Of a stretch of DNA of 64,000 nt, positions 39,852 to 50,033 are shown piece by piece (within the stretch, counting starts at the first letter, position 1; each line of letters begins with the position of its first letter). The translations under genes were made by a program, and so were the position numbers. The DNA comes from Candidatus Poribacteria bacterium (GTDB taxonomy: Bacteria > Poribacteria > WGA-4E > UBA9662): assembly GCA_046582655.1 (NCBI GenBank), contig JAYGDX010000027.1, forward strand, positions 64,001 to 128,000, given 5' to 3'. The notes below the pieces were generated by a model, which saw only the letters and a list, made by a program, of their open reading frames with translations, was not told the origin of the DNA and did no database searches.

Positions 39852-42215
39852 CTAAGCAGTTGCATCTTGATCTTTGCTAATTTTCTCTATGGGGATTTGA
39901 GACACCCAATCAAGTAGAAAGATGCTTGATTGGGTGTCTCCAGTTGGATTAATTTGGTCAGATAGCACTGCATAAGTGTATTCTGCGAGAAACGGCATAA
40001 TTGGTGCGATACGCTGAAGATATACAATTAGCATGTGATAGAGGACATTTCGTGTTGATTCGTTAACAGGTAGTGATTTTTTTGTAGTAATTGAATCTTC
40101 TAACTGAGGCAGATAATTTTTCCTCAGGAACGTCTGAGAAAATTCCTTTAGCAAATACCAGCTCCGCCCGAAATCCTGACGTTTGTATGCGCAATCAATT
40201 TCTGATAGCATAGTATTAGTATGCGCTAAGGCTTGGCTATCCAATTCGTTGAGATTACTGATTTTGTGTGAATCCTGCTCGCAATTAAAACCTTTGATCT
40301 CGAATGTAATTTGTTGCAAAGTTTCACTAATGTTTTGATAATCTTTCTGATATTCTTGAAATTGCTGCTCAAGTGAATTCCCATTCAGGTATTCATCTAT
40401 GGCGAAAATCCGTGCCACGTCAGCAGGATAACGATCAACTATTTCTCTATCGGCACCAAGTTGGGCGAAATTTTTGTTTATCTTAGTCATCTCCACTTTT
40501 CGATACGGGATTGTTTTATGTAAGGCAATTGAAACTAGATTTAGTTGCGCAAACCATTTTGGAAACTCTTCCGAACTATAGAAATAGCAGTTAATTGATT
40601 TTGGATAGTTCTTTCCCACGTCAGAATTGTTAATCTCGTTAATAATAACTGCGAATTTTTCACTTAAGAAGGTCGTTTCTTTATAGAACTTCCTTGAGCC
40701 ACAATTAGAACATGTTGTTTCGATTGGCAATAGGTCTTCCGCTTCAAGTTTGAACCAGATATCGTTACCACGACGCGAAATAAGCTCACGAATAGCCTTG
40801 AGCGTTTTTGCGTCTGAAAGTTGCGCATTACATTTCTCGCATTGGAAGATGGGGAAAGGGATACTTCCACTCCGATGACTCGAAACGAGTGGTGGGGGTG
40901 TCTGTTGTATCATTTCCTTAATCCAAAGTACGTCTTCTGCTGGATGATCCTCCCAATTTTGATCACAATTTACCAGTTTGTTGGTAACAGATCTATCAAT
41001 GTCCAGACTCCATTTATGCACCAGTCGATAGATAACACTACACTTTGACATGCTGCAATACGGCAATGGAACTGTACTTTTATTTGTTTGGACCAGATAA
41101 TTGCGTTTTTCCAATTCAGATTCAATGATTTTCTCTGACTCCGCAATCTTGAGGCCATAAAACATATGTGTTGTTTCATTGAGGTAGCCAGTATTGTCAA
41201 TAACACTTGATACTGGTAGCGCCTTGGCTTGTGCTATGATATAATGATCTGGATTGTGTCCAGGAGCAATATGTGAAATTCCATCCCGATTATTGGAATC
41301 AGACAGTTGGACAATTGGTATATCAGAGGTTAAAATCGGATGCTTACAAATACAGTCTGCTACCTGCTCTGAGCCGATAGATCTAATCAACTGCAATTGG
41401 CCTCCGAGAGCACCTGAGAGATTTGTTTCAACATCTGATTCAGCAATAATAACCGTATCTTGGTTCAATTTAGCGATGATATAGCGTTGATCTGTCCTAA
41501 CACCAATAGCGACTGTGGCCACCACTTGCCAGATTTCTTTAATGGAAACCACAATGAACATCTCGCTGCCAAGTTCTTCAAATCCGATCTTTATCGGAAA
41601 CTTAACGTAGCCTGATAACACCTCAGTCGGCCGAATCTCAAAATCACTTTCGTCGACTACAGTGTTGCGGTTGTAACACCAAACTTCCAGTTTTTGATCT
41701 GTCTCGATTTGTTTTTGTGCCCGGAGTTTGTTGAAAGAGGATAAGATCTTCGATTCATTTCGGTTACATAAATTCTTTGTGGTATTCTTCCAATTGGCAA
41801 ACATACCGAGTGCTTCAAGTTCTCGTTTTCTAGCTTTGATCTCTGTTTGGAAGTACTGCCTATACTGATTCCGAAATGCTAAAATATCGTGCGGTGATTC
41901 TTTTGGTTCTGTGTTAAGGATCCGTTGTTGGATGCCAGGTGCGCAATAGTCCCAGTGTGGTTTGTAATTGACATGTATGTTTTGTTGTAAATTGGTTTTC
42001 AGGAATATATCTTGATGAATTCTAGCGGCTAAGTTATCAAAATCAAGATTGTCAACAGCGATCGGCATTTCGCGAAGAGTAAAATGTTCTGATTCTGTTC
42101 TGTCTATAAGCTTCTCATAAACGTTTAGCTGGCACCATTTTTCTAAAATCTGCTCCTCTTGGTGTTGATCTAAAATATGACTCGGCATTGTTGTACCATT
42201 CATGATTATTGTCAA
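39852..42215 (-). CDS. Isoleucyl-tRNA synthetase-like protein lacking the catalytic motifs (probable pseudoenzyme)
   Basis: Colinear with IleRS (EEQIL.KW, SGYVKFP, HIAPGH, CEKC...CSNC, GNDIWF, YPADV.R, IAPIMPFLAE) and located upstream of lspA. HIGH and KMSKS are absent. Confidence 0.85.
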   Translation of the reverse strand: MTIIMNGTTMPSHILDQHQEEQILEKWCQLNVYEKLIDRTESEHFTLREMPIAVDNLDFDNLAARIHQDIFLKTNLQQNIHVNYKPHWDYCAPGIQQRILNTEPKESPHDILAFRNQYRQYFQTEIKARKRELEALGMFANWKNTTKNLCNRNESKILSSFNKLRAQKQIETDQKLEVWCYNRNTVVDESDFEIRPTEVLSGYVKFPIKIGFEELGSEMFIVVSIKEIWQVVATVAIGVRTDQRYIIAKLNQDTVIIAESDVETNLSGALGGQLQLIRSIGSEQVADCICKHPILTSDIPIVQLSDSNNRDGISHIAPGHNPDHYIIAQAKALPVSSVIDNTGYLNETTHMFYGLKIAESEKIIESELEKRNYLVQTNKSTVPLPYCSMSKCSVIYRLVHKWSLDIDRSVTNKLVNCDQNWEDHPAEDVLWIKEMIQQTPPPLVSSHRSGSIPFPIFQCEKCNAQLSDAKTLKAIRELISRRGNDIWFKLEAEDLLPIETTCSNCGSRKFYKETTFLSEKFAVIINEINNSDVGKNYPKSINCYFYSSEEFPKWFAQLNLVSIALHKTIPYRKVEMTKINKNFAQLGADREIVDRYPADVARIFAIDEYLNGNSLEQQFQEYQKDYQNISETLQQITFEIKGFNCEQDSHKISNLNELDSQALAHTNTMLSEIDCAYKRQDFGRSWYLLKEFSQTFLRKNYLPQLEDSITTKKSLPVNESTRNVLYHMLIVYLQRIAPIMPFLAEYTYAVLSDQINPTGDTQSSIFLLDWVSQIPIEKISKDQDATA

Positions 42216-42472
42216 CCAAGCATGCGGGAGATAAATTGTAGAAGAAATATAAGGATAATTGGGGAAATATCAAATCCGATGTTCTTCGTCATTGGGCTTA
42301 TTACACGACGAATTGGATCAAGTACGGGATCAACCAGTGGACTCGTTGTCCTGTAAACTCTGCGAACCGTCATGTTATGTGAAGTGTGTACAAACCAAGA
42401 TAAGAGTACATTTACAACAACAATTATTATATAGATCCGTATTAACCCGCTCAAAATTAAAGTGATATCCAT
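42212..42472 (-). CDS. yggT: YggT family membrane protein
   Basis: LLSWF, DPVLDPIRRVI and GFDISPII. Follows proC. Confidence 0.9.
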   Translation of the reverse strand: MDITLILSGLIRIYIIIVVVNVLLSWFVHTSHNMTVRRVYRTTSPLVDPVLDPIRRVISPMTKNIGFDISPIILIFLLQFISRMLG

Positions 42473-42491
42473 AAAAAAATCCTTGTGATTT

Positions 42492-43331
42492 TTATGCCTG
42501 CGCAAGTTCTTGGGCACGTTCAGTTGCAGCGATTACTGCCGCATTGACAATCGAACGAAACCTGCCCTGTTCCAGTTCGAACAACCCTGCGGCTGTTGTC
42601 CCTGCTGGTGTGGTTACCCGACTTTTCCAAATGGCTGGATGTTCTCCACTCTGGTCGATTATCTTGCTTGCCCCAAGAACTGTCTGGACGGCAAGTTGGT
42701 GGGCATCTTCATGAGATAACCCGACATGCACACCTGCGTCTATGAGTGCTTCTATGAATAGAAAAACGAATGCCGGACCACTGCCGCTTAAACCAGTAAC
42801 AGCATCTAATTGCTTTTCCTCAGTGATGAAGGAACTGCCAACCGCGTTGAAGATCGCCTGTGATTTGGTAAGATGACTTTCATCGGCATAACTGCCGGGT
42901 GATATGGCTGTCACTCCCGAACCTACTGTTACAGCAATGTTGGGCATGACACGAATGACGGGGACAGACTCGGCAAGGTAAGACTCCAGTTTCACAGTTG
43001 GGATACCTGCTGCTATTGAGATTAAAAGTTGATTTGGCTTAACAAGTTCTCTTACCTGTGTGAGGATCCCTGCTACGTTGTTTGGTTTAGCTGAGTAAAG
43101 AATAACATCAACTTTTTCGACCAGGTGGTTGACGGTCTCAACAGCATGGACACCAAGTTCTTGGCACAACTCATCGACTTTTGTTTGATCTACATCTGTG
43201 ACGAAGATCTGTTCATTGCTCAGCAATTTTTTCGCCACGCCACGGATTATAGCTGCTCCCATATTACCAATGCCAATAGCGCCAAAATGACCGATAGCGG
43301 ATGAAGGCGTTTTAAATTGCTTGGGCATCAA
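42492..43331 (-). CDS. proC: Pyrroline-5-carboxylate reductase
   Basis: IG.GNMG, SIAAG, RVMPN, TGLSGSGPA and VTTPAGTT. Confidence 0.95.
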   Translation of the reverse strand: MMPKQFKTPSSAIGHFGAIGIGNMGAAIIRGVAKKLLSNEQIFVTDVDQTKVDELCQELGVHAVETVNHLVEKVDVILYSAKPNNVAGILTQVRELVKPNQLLISIAAGIPTVKLESYLAESVPVIRVMPNIAVTVGSGVTAISPGSYADESHLTKSQAIFNAVGSSFITEEKQLDAVTGLSGSGPAFVFLFIEALIDAGVHVGLSHEDAHQLAVQTVLGASKIIDQSGEHPAIWKSRVTTPAGTTAAGLFELEQGRFRSIVNAAVIAATERAQELAQA

Positions 43332-44035
43332 TTTCGTTCTCCAAAAATTGATCTGCCAATTCGAATATAGTTTGCTCCTTCCTCAATTGCAACTTCAAAA
43401 TCGTTTGTCATGCCCATTGACAAACAACCCATATCAACATTAGTCAGATTCTGTACAGCAATATCATCCCGTAATTCTCTAAGCATAGTAAAGGATGGAC
43501 GAACAGACTCGGGATCCGGTTCAAATTTGCCAATTGTCATTAATCCTTTAATTTGAATATTTGAATAAGTTGAAGCTTGCGCAACGAAATCCTTCACTTG
43601 ATCTGGCATAATACCGAATCTACTTGTGTTGCCAGAGGTGTTGACTTGAATCAAAATAGGCTTTTGTATTCCCAGATCAGCGGACCTTTGATCTATAGTT
43701 CCAACTAATCTTAGGCTGTCAACAGATTGGATAATATCGAAGAATTGGATAGCTTGTTTTATTTTGTTTGTTTGCAGGTGACCAACCATGTGCCATGTTG
43801 CTGGGCGATCAATAGCGTCATATTTAACTTTGGCTTCCTGCACACGGTTTTCACCTATGTGGGTAATACCCGCATCGAGCACTTCATGGATCGCCTCGAT
43901 CGGTTTCGTTTTCGAGACAGCCACTAGTTGGACCGAATCGGGATCACGACCAATGCGATTTGCTGTTTTAGCGATTTGTTCTTGAAGACGCGAGATGTTA
44001 TCGTAGATCGAAGCCAAATTTCGTCCTTGCAACAT
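43328..44035 (-). CDS. yggS: PLP homeostasis protein YggS
   Basis: VAVSKT, GENRVQE, WHMVGHLQTNK and LSMGMTNDFEVAIEEGA. Confidence 0.96.
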   Translation of the reverse strand: MLQGRNLASIYDNISRLQEQIAKTANRIGRDPDSVQLVAVSKTKPIEAIHEVLDAGITHIGENRVQEAKVKYDAIDRPATWHMVGHLQTNKIKQAIQFFDIIQSVDSLRLVGTIDQRSADLGIQKPILIQVNTSGNTSRFGIMPDQVKDFVAQASTYSNIQIKGLMTIGKFEPDPESVRPSFTMLRELRDDIAVQNLTNVDMGCLSMGMTNDFEVAIEEGANYIRIGRSIFGERN

Positions 44036-44195
44036 AAACCCGTAACTTCCAATACTAGCATATTTTTTTCACCAGTTGCAAGAGCAACTTAAGTTTGAGT
44101 GAGTTGTTAATTGACTTCCCAACCACCAATTATACTGTGCTATACTTCTGATTATATTGTTGAAAAATTCTGAAGGGACACGATTTGGGGAAGAA

Positions 44196-44942
44196 ATGGT
44201 GCATAGGAAATGGGCGAAATATCACCAACTCCGACCGGATCAGGTTTCTGAGTTGGTTGACCAAACTCCGGTTGTCTTCTGGCCACTTGGTCTAATCGAA
44301 CATCATGGTTGGCACTTACCAATTGGATATGATGGTCTGAAGGCGGAGAGAATATGTGTGCGCATCGCGCAGAAAACTGGCGGTATCATTTTGCCGACAA
44401 TGTGGTGGGGGGCCCTTGGTGGACACGGCGATTTTTTATGGACACACTATCAACCACCTGAATCCACAGCGCAGATTCTATCAACCACCATCTATCAACT
44501 AATCCAATTTGGGTTTCAAGTGATTGTGTTATTAGCCGGGCATTATCCATGGCAACAGTTTCTTAATCAGGAATTGCCAGAGATCCAATCTAACAATCCT
44601 GAAATCCTTATTTTAGCAGGAACGGAGATGTCAATTTGTGGAGAAGATATCAAACTGCCCGGAGACCATGCCGGACGAGCTGAAACTTCGTATGGTCTAG
44701 CCCTATTTCCGGAGTTAATCGATCTGCAAGAGTTGCGCTCTGGTCGCGACTTATCAGTTTGGCCTAATGGTGAAATGCCTCCTAAAGAGAAATGGCATTC
44801 GGCCGTCTGTTTTGATCACAGTGATCCGCTCTTTGCTCAAATGGGACAGCCAGCGGATGAGGCAAGTGTTGATGAGGGAAAAAGTGCGATTTCGATGCTT
44901 GTGGATAATCTGGCTGAGAAAATTAACACTTTTTTAGATTGA
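44196..44942 (+). CDS. Creatininase/mycofactocin peptidase family amidohydrolase
   Basis: PLGLIEHHGWHLPIGYD, GH and DHAGRAETS. Confidence 0.85.
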   Translation: MVHRKWAKYHQLRPDQVSELVDQTPVVFWPLGLIEHHGWHLPIGYDGLKAERICVRIAQKTGGIILPTMWWGALGGHGDFLWTHYQPPESTAQILSTTIYQLIQFGFQVIVLLAGHYPWQQFLNQELPEIQSNNPEILILAGTEMSICGEDIKLPGDHAGRAETSYGLALFPELIDLQELRSGRDLSVWPNGEMPPKEKWHSAVCFDHSDPLFAQMGQPADEASVDEGKSAISMLVDNLAEKINTFLD

Positions 44943-44962
44943 TCTTCGGCTTGAGGTGATAA

Positions 44963-45260
44963 ATGGCAATGATAGCTGGTCTTTGTATTATTCCCATGGG
45001 TTCTTGGCATGTCGGTATCAAAAGAAATTGCTGTGTGCGAAAAAAATCTACTTGATGCGGGTTTAAAGATTAAGTTACATGCTTATGGAACTAATATTGA
45101 ATGAAATGGGAGATAGTCTTTGATGTAATAAAGTCGTGCCATCAGATACCCCAAACCGAAGTGCTGCGTACTAGCACAACGCTCAAGTTTGGTACAAGAA
45201 CAGCCGGAATTAGACGATGGAGGATAAGGTTGTCAGCATCAAAAAGAAACTGTGCTAGGC
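44963..45260 (+). pseudogene. MTH1187/YkoF-like thiamine-binding protein, disrupted
   Basis: MIAGLCIIPMG, frameshift, SVSKEIAVC...LHAYGTNIE*KWEIVF..IK.CH...TTLKFGTRT. The TGA falls where Gly is expected. Confidence 0.75.
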
Positions 45261-45301
45261 ATCTCTTTATGCTCCTCGCTGAATTTTGAAACCGAAAACA
45301 A

Positions 45302-45331
45302 TTGAAAATCATGTGGTTGTTAAAGTATAAT
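45302..45331 (+). promoter_or_regulatory. Putative sigma70 promoter of tatAC
   Basis: TTGAAA-18 bp-TATAAT, about 30 bp before the AGGAGG RBS and start. Confidence 0.55.
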
Positions 45332-45361
45332 CCTGGCAGCATGTAATTTCTAGGAGGTATA

Positions 45362-45568
45362 GTGATGGGTGCTTTAGGTGGCTGGGAAATTATACTTATT
45401 GTTATAGCGGTTCTCGTTATCTTTGGGCCGAAGCGTTTACCAGAGATGGGAAGTGCGCTTGGAAAAGCGATTCGGGACTTTAAAAATGCTGGCAAGGAAA
45501 TCCAAAACGATATAGCTCAAACCGTGAACGAAAATGGCTCGGATATAAATTCGAAAAAGGATGCCTGA
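45362..45568 (+). CDS. tatA: Twin-arginine translocase TatA
   Basis: LGGWEIILI...FGPKRLPEMG.ALGKAIR.FK. Confidence 0.93.
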   Translation: MMGALGGWEIILIVIAVLVIFGPKRLPEMGSALGKAIRDFKNAGKEIQNDIAQTVNENGSDINSKKDA

Positions 45569-46406
45569 AGTCGATATCCAAGAAGATCTAGCGGGCGAAA
45601 TGACCTTTTGGGAACATCTCGAAGAATTACGCCGTCGTATTATTGTTTCACTAATTTCAGTTGGTATTTTTATGATTCTGAGTTTGTCCTTCAGCAAACC
45701 GATCGAAAGGATTATGAAACTGCCACTAGATTTATCGACTAACAGGCTCCTGGCGTTTTTGATCGATCGAATATTTGGTCAAGACGCAACGTTTGTGGGA
45801 TTTCTATCAATATCGCTGAGGGCAAGTGCGATGGGTGTTGATGCAAAGCTGATAAAAGATGGTCCGCTTGAAGGCATCATGGCTTATCTCAAGATTAGTA
45901 TTACTTTCGGAATCCTATGTGCCTCACCGATCTTAATCTACCAAGTTTGGGCTTTTGTTCTTCCGGCATTTACCACTAAGGAAAAGCAGTTTGCTCTTCC
46001 TCTTTTCCTGATTATTATCCTTTTTTTTATTATTGGAGCTTTGTTTGCATACTTTATTGTTGCACCAGTTGTGCTTGGGTTTTCTTCCAAGCTTTTTGAA
46101 GGCACCCAAAACTTGTGGGGAATTCAAAGGTACTTCAATTTCCTGGTACAGTTACTCTTGGGATTCGGCATCGCATTTGAGCTTCCTATAGTTATGTCTT
46201 TTTTGTCTTTTATTAATGTAATCAATGCAAATGGTTTTCGTCAAAAGCGGAGTGTTGCCTTGGTTGGAATTATGGTTCTCTCAGCATTCTTGACACCAGC
46301 GGATGTACTCTCAATGTTGTTGATGGCTATTCCTCTCATTTTACTGTATGAATTGGGAATCTTCTTCTCATTTCTTGTTGAGCAGGAGCCTGAAGTTTAT
46401 GCCTGA
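45561..46406 (+). CDS. tatC: Twin-arginine translocase TatC
   Basis: MTFWEHLEELRRR, YQVWAFVLP, FELP, LTPAD and LYE. Confidence 0.95.
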   Translation: MPEVDIQEDLAGEMTFWEHLEELRRRIIVSLISVGIFMILSLSFSKPIERIMKLPLDLSTNRLLAFLIDRIFGQDATFVGFLSISLRASAMGVDAKLIKDGPLEGIMAYLKISITFGILCASPILIYQVWAFVLPAFTTKEKQFALPLFLIIILFFIIGALFAYFIVAPVVLGFSSKLFEGTQNLWGIQRYFNFLVQLLLGFGIAFELPIVMSFLSFINVINANGFRQKRSVALVGIMVLSAFLTPADVLSMLLMAIPLILLYELGIFFSFLVEQEPEVYA

Positions 46407-47151
46407 TCTGAATCTAACCTTGGAACTTGCTTTTTTGTATGATTTGCAACAGATTGACGCTGAGATTTTAACTCGACACAAAAGGCTCAAGTTGATTCCG
46501 AACGATATCCAGAAGTTGAGAGAGGATTTTCGGGTACACGAACAGAAATTGAATGCGTTAAAAGATCAACTCTCTCAGGCAGAAAAAGAGCAGCGATTTC
46601 GGTCAGCAGAAATAGAAACATTGGATGAACAAAGGAAGAAGTACCAGGCTCAGTTGACTGCCGTCAAAACCAACAGTGAGATGAAGGCGCTCTATAGTCA
46701 GCTGGAATTCCTGGATCAGCAAGAGGAGAAAATTGAGGATCAGATCTTAGAATTAATGTTTATTGTTGATGATCTTGGGGGTGAGGTCAAAAAGGAACAT
46801 GAAATTCTGTCAACTAAAAATGTAGATCGCAAAGCTGAAGAAGCTGGACTTCAGACAATTGCTCAAGATATTAAGGCAGATATTTCCGAAATTCAAGAGA
46901 AACGCCAAAACTTGATCCAGAAAGTTAATCCGGATTTATTCGAGCAATACCAGAGCAGGGTGGCTACCCAACATACTAACTTGGTCACTCCCGTTGTGGG
47001 AAATAGCTGTGGTTATTGCAAATTGACAATTCCTCCGCAGATGCTTAATGAAGTGAAACAGGCACGAAAAAAAATTGCTTGTCCATCTTGTAAGCTAATT
47101 CTGTTTGAGTTGCTGAATCTCGAGCAGACCGATGATGCTACTGGCGAATAG
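46399..47151 (+). CDS. Coiled-coil C4 zinc-ribbon protein (CT398/DUF164-like)
   Basis: LQQID, a long coiled coil, and C-terminal CGYC...PPQ...CPSC. Confidence 0.85.
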   Translation: MPDLNLTLELAFLYDLQQIDAEILTRHKRLKLIPNDIQKLREDFRVHEQKLNALKDQLSQAEKEQRFRSAEIETLDEQRKKYQAQLTAVKTNSEMKALYSQLEFLDQQEEKIEDQILELMFIVDDLGGEVKKEHEILSTKNVDRKAEEAGLQTIAQDIKADISEIQEKRQNLIQKVNPDLFEQYQSRVATQHTNLVTPVVGNSCGYCKLTIPPQMLNEVKQARKKIACPSCKLILFELLNLEQTDDATGE

Positions 47152-47266
47152 AGATATAGCCTTTCTAACCGCAATCCCTACCTAATCAGTGAAACCGATT
47201 GACCAATTCCACGTTAACTGACAGCGAGTATAAATTTCGAGCCATATCAGCAGGATCGATATTCCT

Positions 47267-48067
47267 ATGCAATTCCCAAACCCTTTTAAGCTATTGATTA
47301 TTTCTCTTTTCCTTTTACTTGCTCTGTTAAGACCGAAAACAATTGCAGGAAAAGTTGATCAAACTAATACCGAATTCTCGCTAAAATACATCGTTATTGA
47401 CCCAGGACATGGGGGAAAAGATCCCGGTTGCGTTAGCCGGTCCGGAGTAGCAGAAAAAGATATAACGTTGGCGGTATCGCGCAAGTTGGTTGAATTCCTG
47501 CGGGAAAAAACTGAATATGAAGCTTTTTTGACTCGCACTGATGATCGTTTTGTCTCGCTTAGGCAGCGTGTTGAGTTTGCCAATCAAGAAATTTTTCCGC
47601 CCAATCAATCGATCCTCTTAAGCCTCCATTGCAATTCGTTTAAGGATCGGCGTATCCATGGTATGGAGAGCTTCAAATTTGATCTTGATGCAACGGATGA
47701 GCTCGCTGCAGAGTTGGTCGAAAGGGAAAACGCACAGGAAGAAGTTGACAAATTCGATTTTATGATTATTAGTCTTCGTAAACGCGGTAACGAAAAATAC
47801 ACACGGCAAGTGGCACAAATCCTACAAGAATTGCTTGTTTCCCAACTTGGCGTGAAAAACCGGAATCTAAGTGCTTCAGAAAAAACAGGTGTTCGTGGTG
47901 CTCCGTTTTATATTCTAGCATGGACCAAAATGCCCAGTATTTTGCTTGAACTAGGTTTTATCTCAAACGATGTCGAGCGCAAAAAAATGACCGAAGAAAA
48001 ATACCAGAAAGAAATCGCTAGCACATTAGTAAGAGGGATCAAAAAATTTGATCGGCAATTGCAATAG
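47267..48067 (+). CDS. N-acetylmuramoyl-L-alanine amidase (Amidase_3)
   Basis: IDPGHGGKDPG, EK, LTR.DD, SLHCN and PSILLELGFISN. Confidence 0.92.
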   Translation: MQFPNPFKLLIISLFLLLALLRPKTIAGKVDQTNTEFSLKYIVIDPGHGGKDPGCVSRSGVAEKDITLAVSRKLVEFLREKTEYEAFLTRTDDRFVSLRQRVEFANQEIFPPNQSILLSLHCNSFKDRRIHGMESFKFDLDATDELAAELVERENAQEEVDKFDFMIISLRKRGNEKYTRQVAQILQELLVSQLGVKNRNLSASEKTGVRGAPFYILAWTKMPSILLELGFISNDVERKKMTEEKYQKEIASTLVRGIKKFDRQLQ

Positions 48068-48096
48068 TCAAATTGGGGCAATAGTTCCCTAGTCGA

Positions 48097-48801
48097 ATGG
48101 GTTTTCTATATAGTAATGCCCTCAATCTAGAGGAAACTGGGCTTGTTCAGGCTGTCACCAGTCGCCGACTCGACTCGAAAGCCGACCGAAAAAGATTCTA
48201 CGATCAGATTCGGCTTAGGCCCGAACAGCTCGTCTACTGCCGCCAAGTTCATGGCAATAAGGTATGGGTGATTTCCCGATACCCTGAAACCTATCCTTTA
48301 CCGCTGACAGAAGCGGACGCGATGGTCACAGATCAGATTGATCTGGTAATTGCCGTTTTTACCGCGGACTGTATTCCCATTTTTATTTTGGATACCCAGA
48401 CATGTTCAATCGGTATTATACACGCTGGTTGGCGTGGGACATACAAGCTCGTTACAACCGAGGCAATTCAGTCAATGCAGGAGCACTTCGGTACAGATCC
48501 TGCAAATTGTCTGGTTCATCTGGGCGTATCGATACAACAAAATTGCTATCAGGTCAGCCAGGATCTGGCTGATCAATTTGAGCGCCATTTTGGTCCTGAG
48601 GTGCGTACTATTGATAATAAACTTAATTTGCAGGCTGCTAATGTTCAACAGCTAGTTAATGCTGGAGTTCCCTTTGAATCAATCTCGATCTCTCCCTTAT
48701 GTACAGCCTGCCGAACTGACCTTTTTTATTCGTTTCGTATGGAACGTGAGCGTGCAGGAAGGCTGGTTTCATTGATTCGGTTGCTCCCAGATTTCGATTG
48801 A
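48097..48801 (+). CDS. pgeF: Peptidoglycan editing factor / purine nucleoside phosphorylase PgeF (YfiH)
   Basis: QVHG, ADAMVT, TADCIP, HAGWRG, CT.C and FYSFR. Confidence 0.92.
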   Translation: MGFLYSNALNLEETGLVQAVTSRRLDSKADRKRFYDQIRLRPEQLVYCRQVHGNKVWVISRYPETYPLPLTEADAMVTDQIDLVIAVFTADCIPIFILDTQTCSIGIIHAGWRGTYKLVTTEAIQSMQEHFGTDPANCLVHLGVSIQQNCYQVSQDLADQFERHFGPEVRTIDNKLNLQAANVQQLVNAGVPFESISISPLCTACRTDLFYSFRMERERAGRLVSLIRLLPDFD

Positions 48802-48860
48802 TCTACTTCCAGAAGTCTGTTACGATTGTTTTGTAAATCCGACTTTTGCGTTAAAGATAT

Positions 48861-49295
48861 ATGCACGTAAAGATTAAACGAATTGATAAGAGTCTACCGC
48901 TACCTCGGTATGAAACAAATGGTTCTGTTGGTTTTGATTTGTTGTGTCGGGAATCGGTAGAAGTCTTTCCTCAAACCGTTGCACTGATTCCAGCCAATGT
49001 AATTGTTGAGACGCCACCGGGTTACATGCTGTTGGTGGCCTTACGAAGTTCAACCCCACGGAAACGAGGATTGCTGATTCCGCATGGCGTTGGGGTCATC
49101 GATCAGGACTATTGTGGTGATGGAGATGAGATTCAGATTCAAGTCTACAACTTCACCAATCAACCTGTACTGATTGAACGAGGAGATCGAATTGCGCAGG
49201 GAATCTTCGTACGTGTTGATTGTTCAGAGTGGCAGAAAGTGGAACAGATGGATCAGGAAACACGTGGTGGGTTTGGAAGTACGGATGGCAGGTAA
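48861..49295 (+). CDS. dut: Trimeric dUTPase
   Basis: GFDL, RSS, GVIDQDY.G, RIAQG and RGGFGSTD. Confidence 0.92.
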   Translation: MHVKIKRIDKSLPLPRYETNGSVGFDLLCRESVEVFPQTVALIPANVIVETPPGYMLLVALRSSTPRKRGLLIPHGVGVIDQDYCGDGDEIQIQVYNFTNQPVLIERGDRIAQGIFVRVDCSEWQKVEQMDQETRGGFGSTDGR

Positions 49296-49318
49296 TCTCG
49301 ATTGATTGGAGAAGGTTT

Positions 49319-49969
49319 ATGCCGAAGCTCAAAGTATGCATGATTTCAGGATCGTTTGAGTATGATTCTGAGGAGTCGCTCTCAATTTTTAAGGATCATC
49401 TTAAGAAGTACCAACTAGATATTGAGACAACCATGATTATCTATGAAAGTGAAGGTGATCAACAATCTTTGCAGGTTTTAAAATCAACGGATGTGATGGT
49501 GATCTTCACGCGAAGATTGAACACAGAGGGGGAAGAACTCGAACGGTTCAAATCGTATTGCAATTTGGGTAAACCAATTGTTGGTATCCGCACTGCCAGC
49601 CATGCCTACCAGAATTACCTTGAGTTCGATCGAGATGTTTTAGGCGGCAGTTATGCTGGGCATTTTGGACATGGCCCAATAGCCCATGTCCAAATCAAAA
49701 AGGGGAACACAGATCATCCAATACTTGAGGGTATTCCTGATTTCGACTCTTACGGCAGTTTATATAAGAACCAAAATAATGTAAAAGATACTACCATCCT
49801 AATGACAGCAAGTACGTCCGAAGGAAATCATGAGCCGGTGGCATGGACTAGGATTCATAACGGTGGCCGAATCTTCTACACGTCTCTTGGACATCAACAG
49901 GATTTTAGTATCGATCATTTCCTCGCACTTTTGACAAATGCTATTCTCTGGGCAGGCGGACGAAAATAG
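49319..49969 (+). CDS. ThuA (trehalose utilisation, GATase-like) domain protein
   Basis: GIRTASHA, HPIL.G, EPVAWT and GRIFYTSLGH. Likely ATG at 49319. Confidence 0.85.
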   Translation: MPKLKVCMISGSFEYDSEESLSIFKDHLKKYQLDIETTMIIYESEGDQQSLQVLKSTDVMVIFTRRLNTEGEELERFKSYCNLGKPIVGIRTASHAYQNYLEFDRDVLGGSYAGHFGHGPIAHVQIKKGNTDHPILEGIPDFDSYGSLYKNQNNVKDTTILMTASTSEGNHEPVAWTRIHNGGRIFYTSLGHQQDFSIDHFLALLTNAILWAGGRK

Positions 49970-50033
49970 AAGAAAATGTCCAAAAAACAAGGCCTAATCG
50001 CATTCTATTAAAATTGTTAGCAAACCTGTTTTG

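Noticed and set aside
45100..45106. TGA at a conserved Gly position (GTNIE*KW) and an in-frame TAG at 1118, suggesting stop-codon reassignment
   Set aside because: TGA and TAG terminate many intact genes in the window, and both affected genes also carry frameshifts. These are ordinary pseudogene lesions.
47152..47266. RNase P RNA often found after CT398-like zinc-ribbon genes
   Set aside because: The gap is only ~115 bp and has no GAGGAAAGTCC motif.
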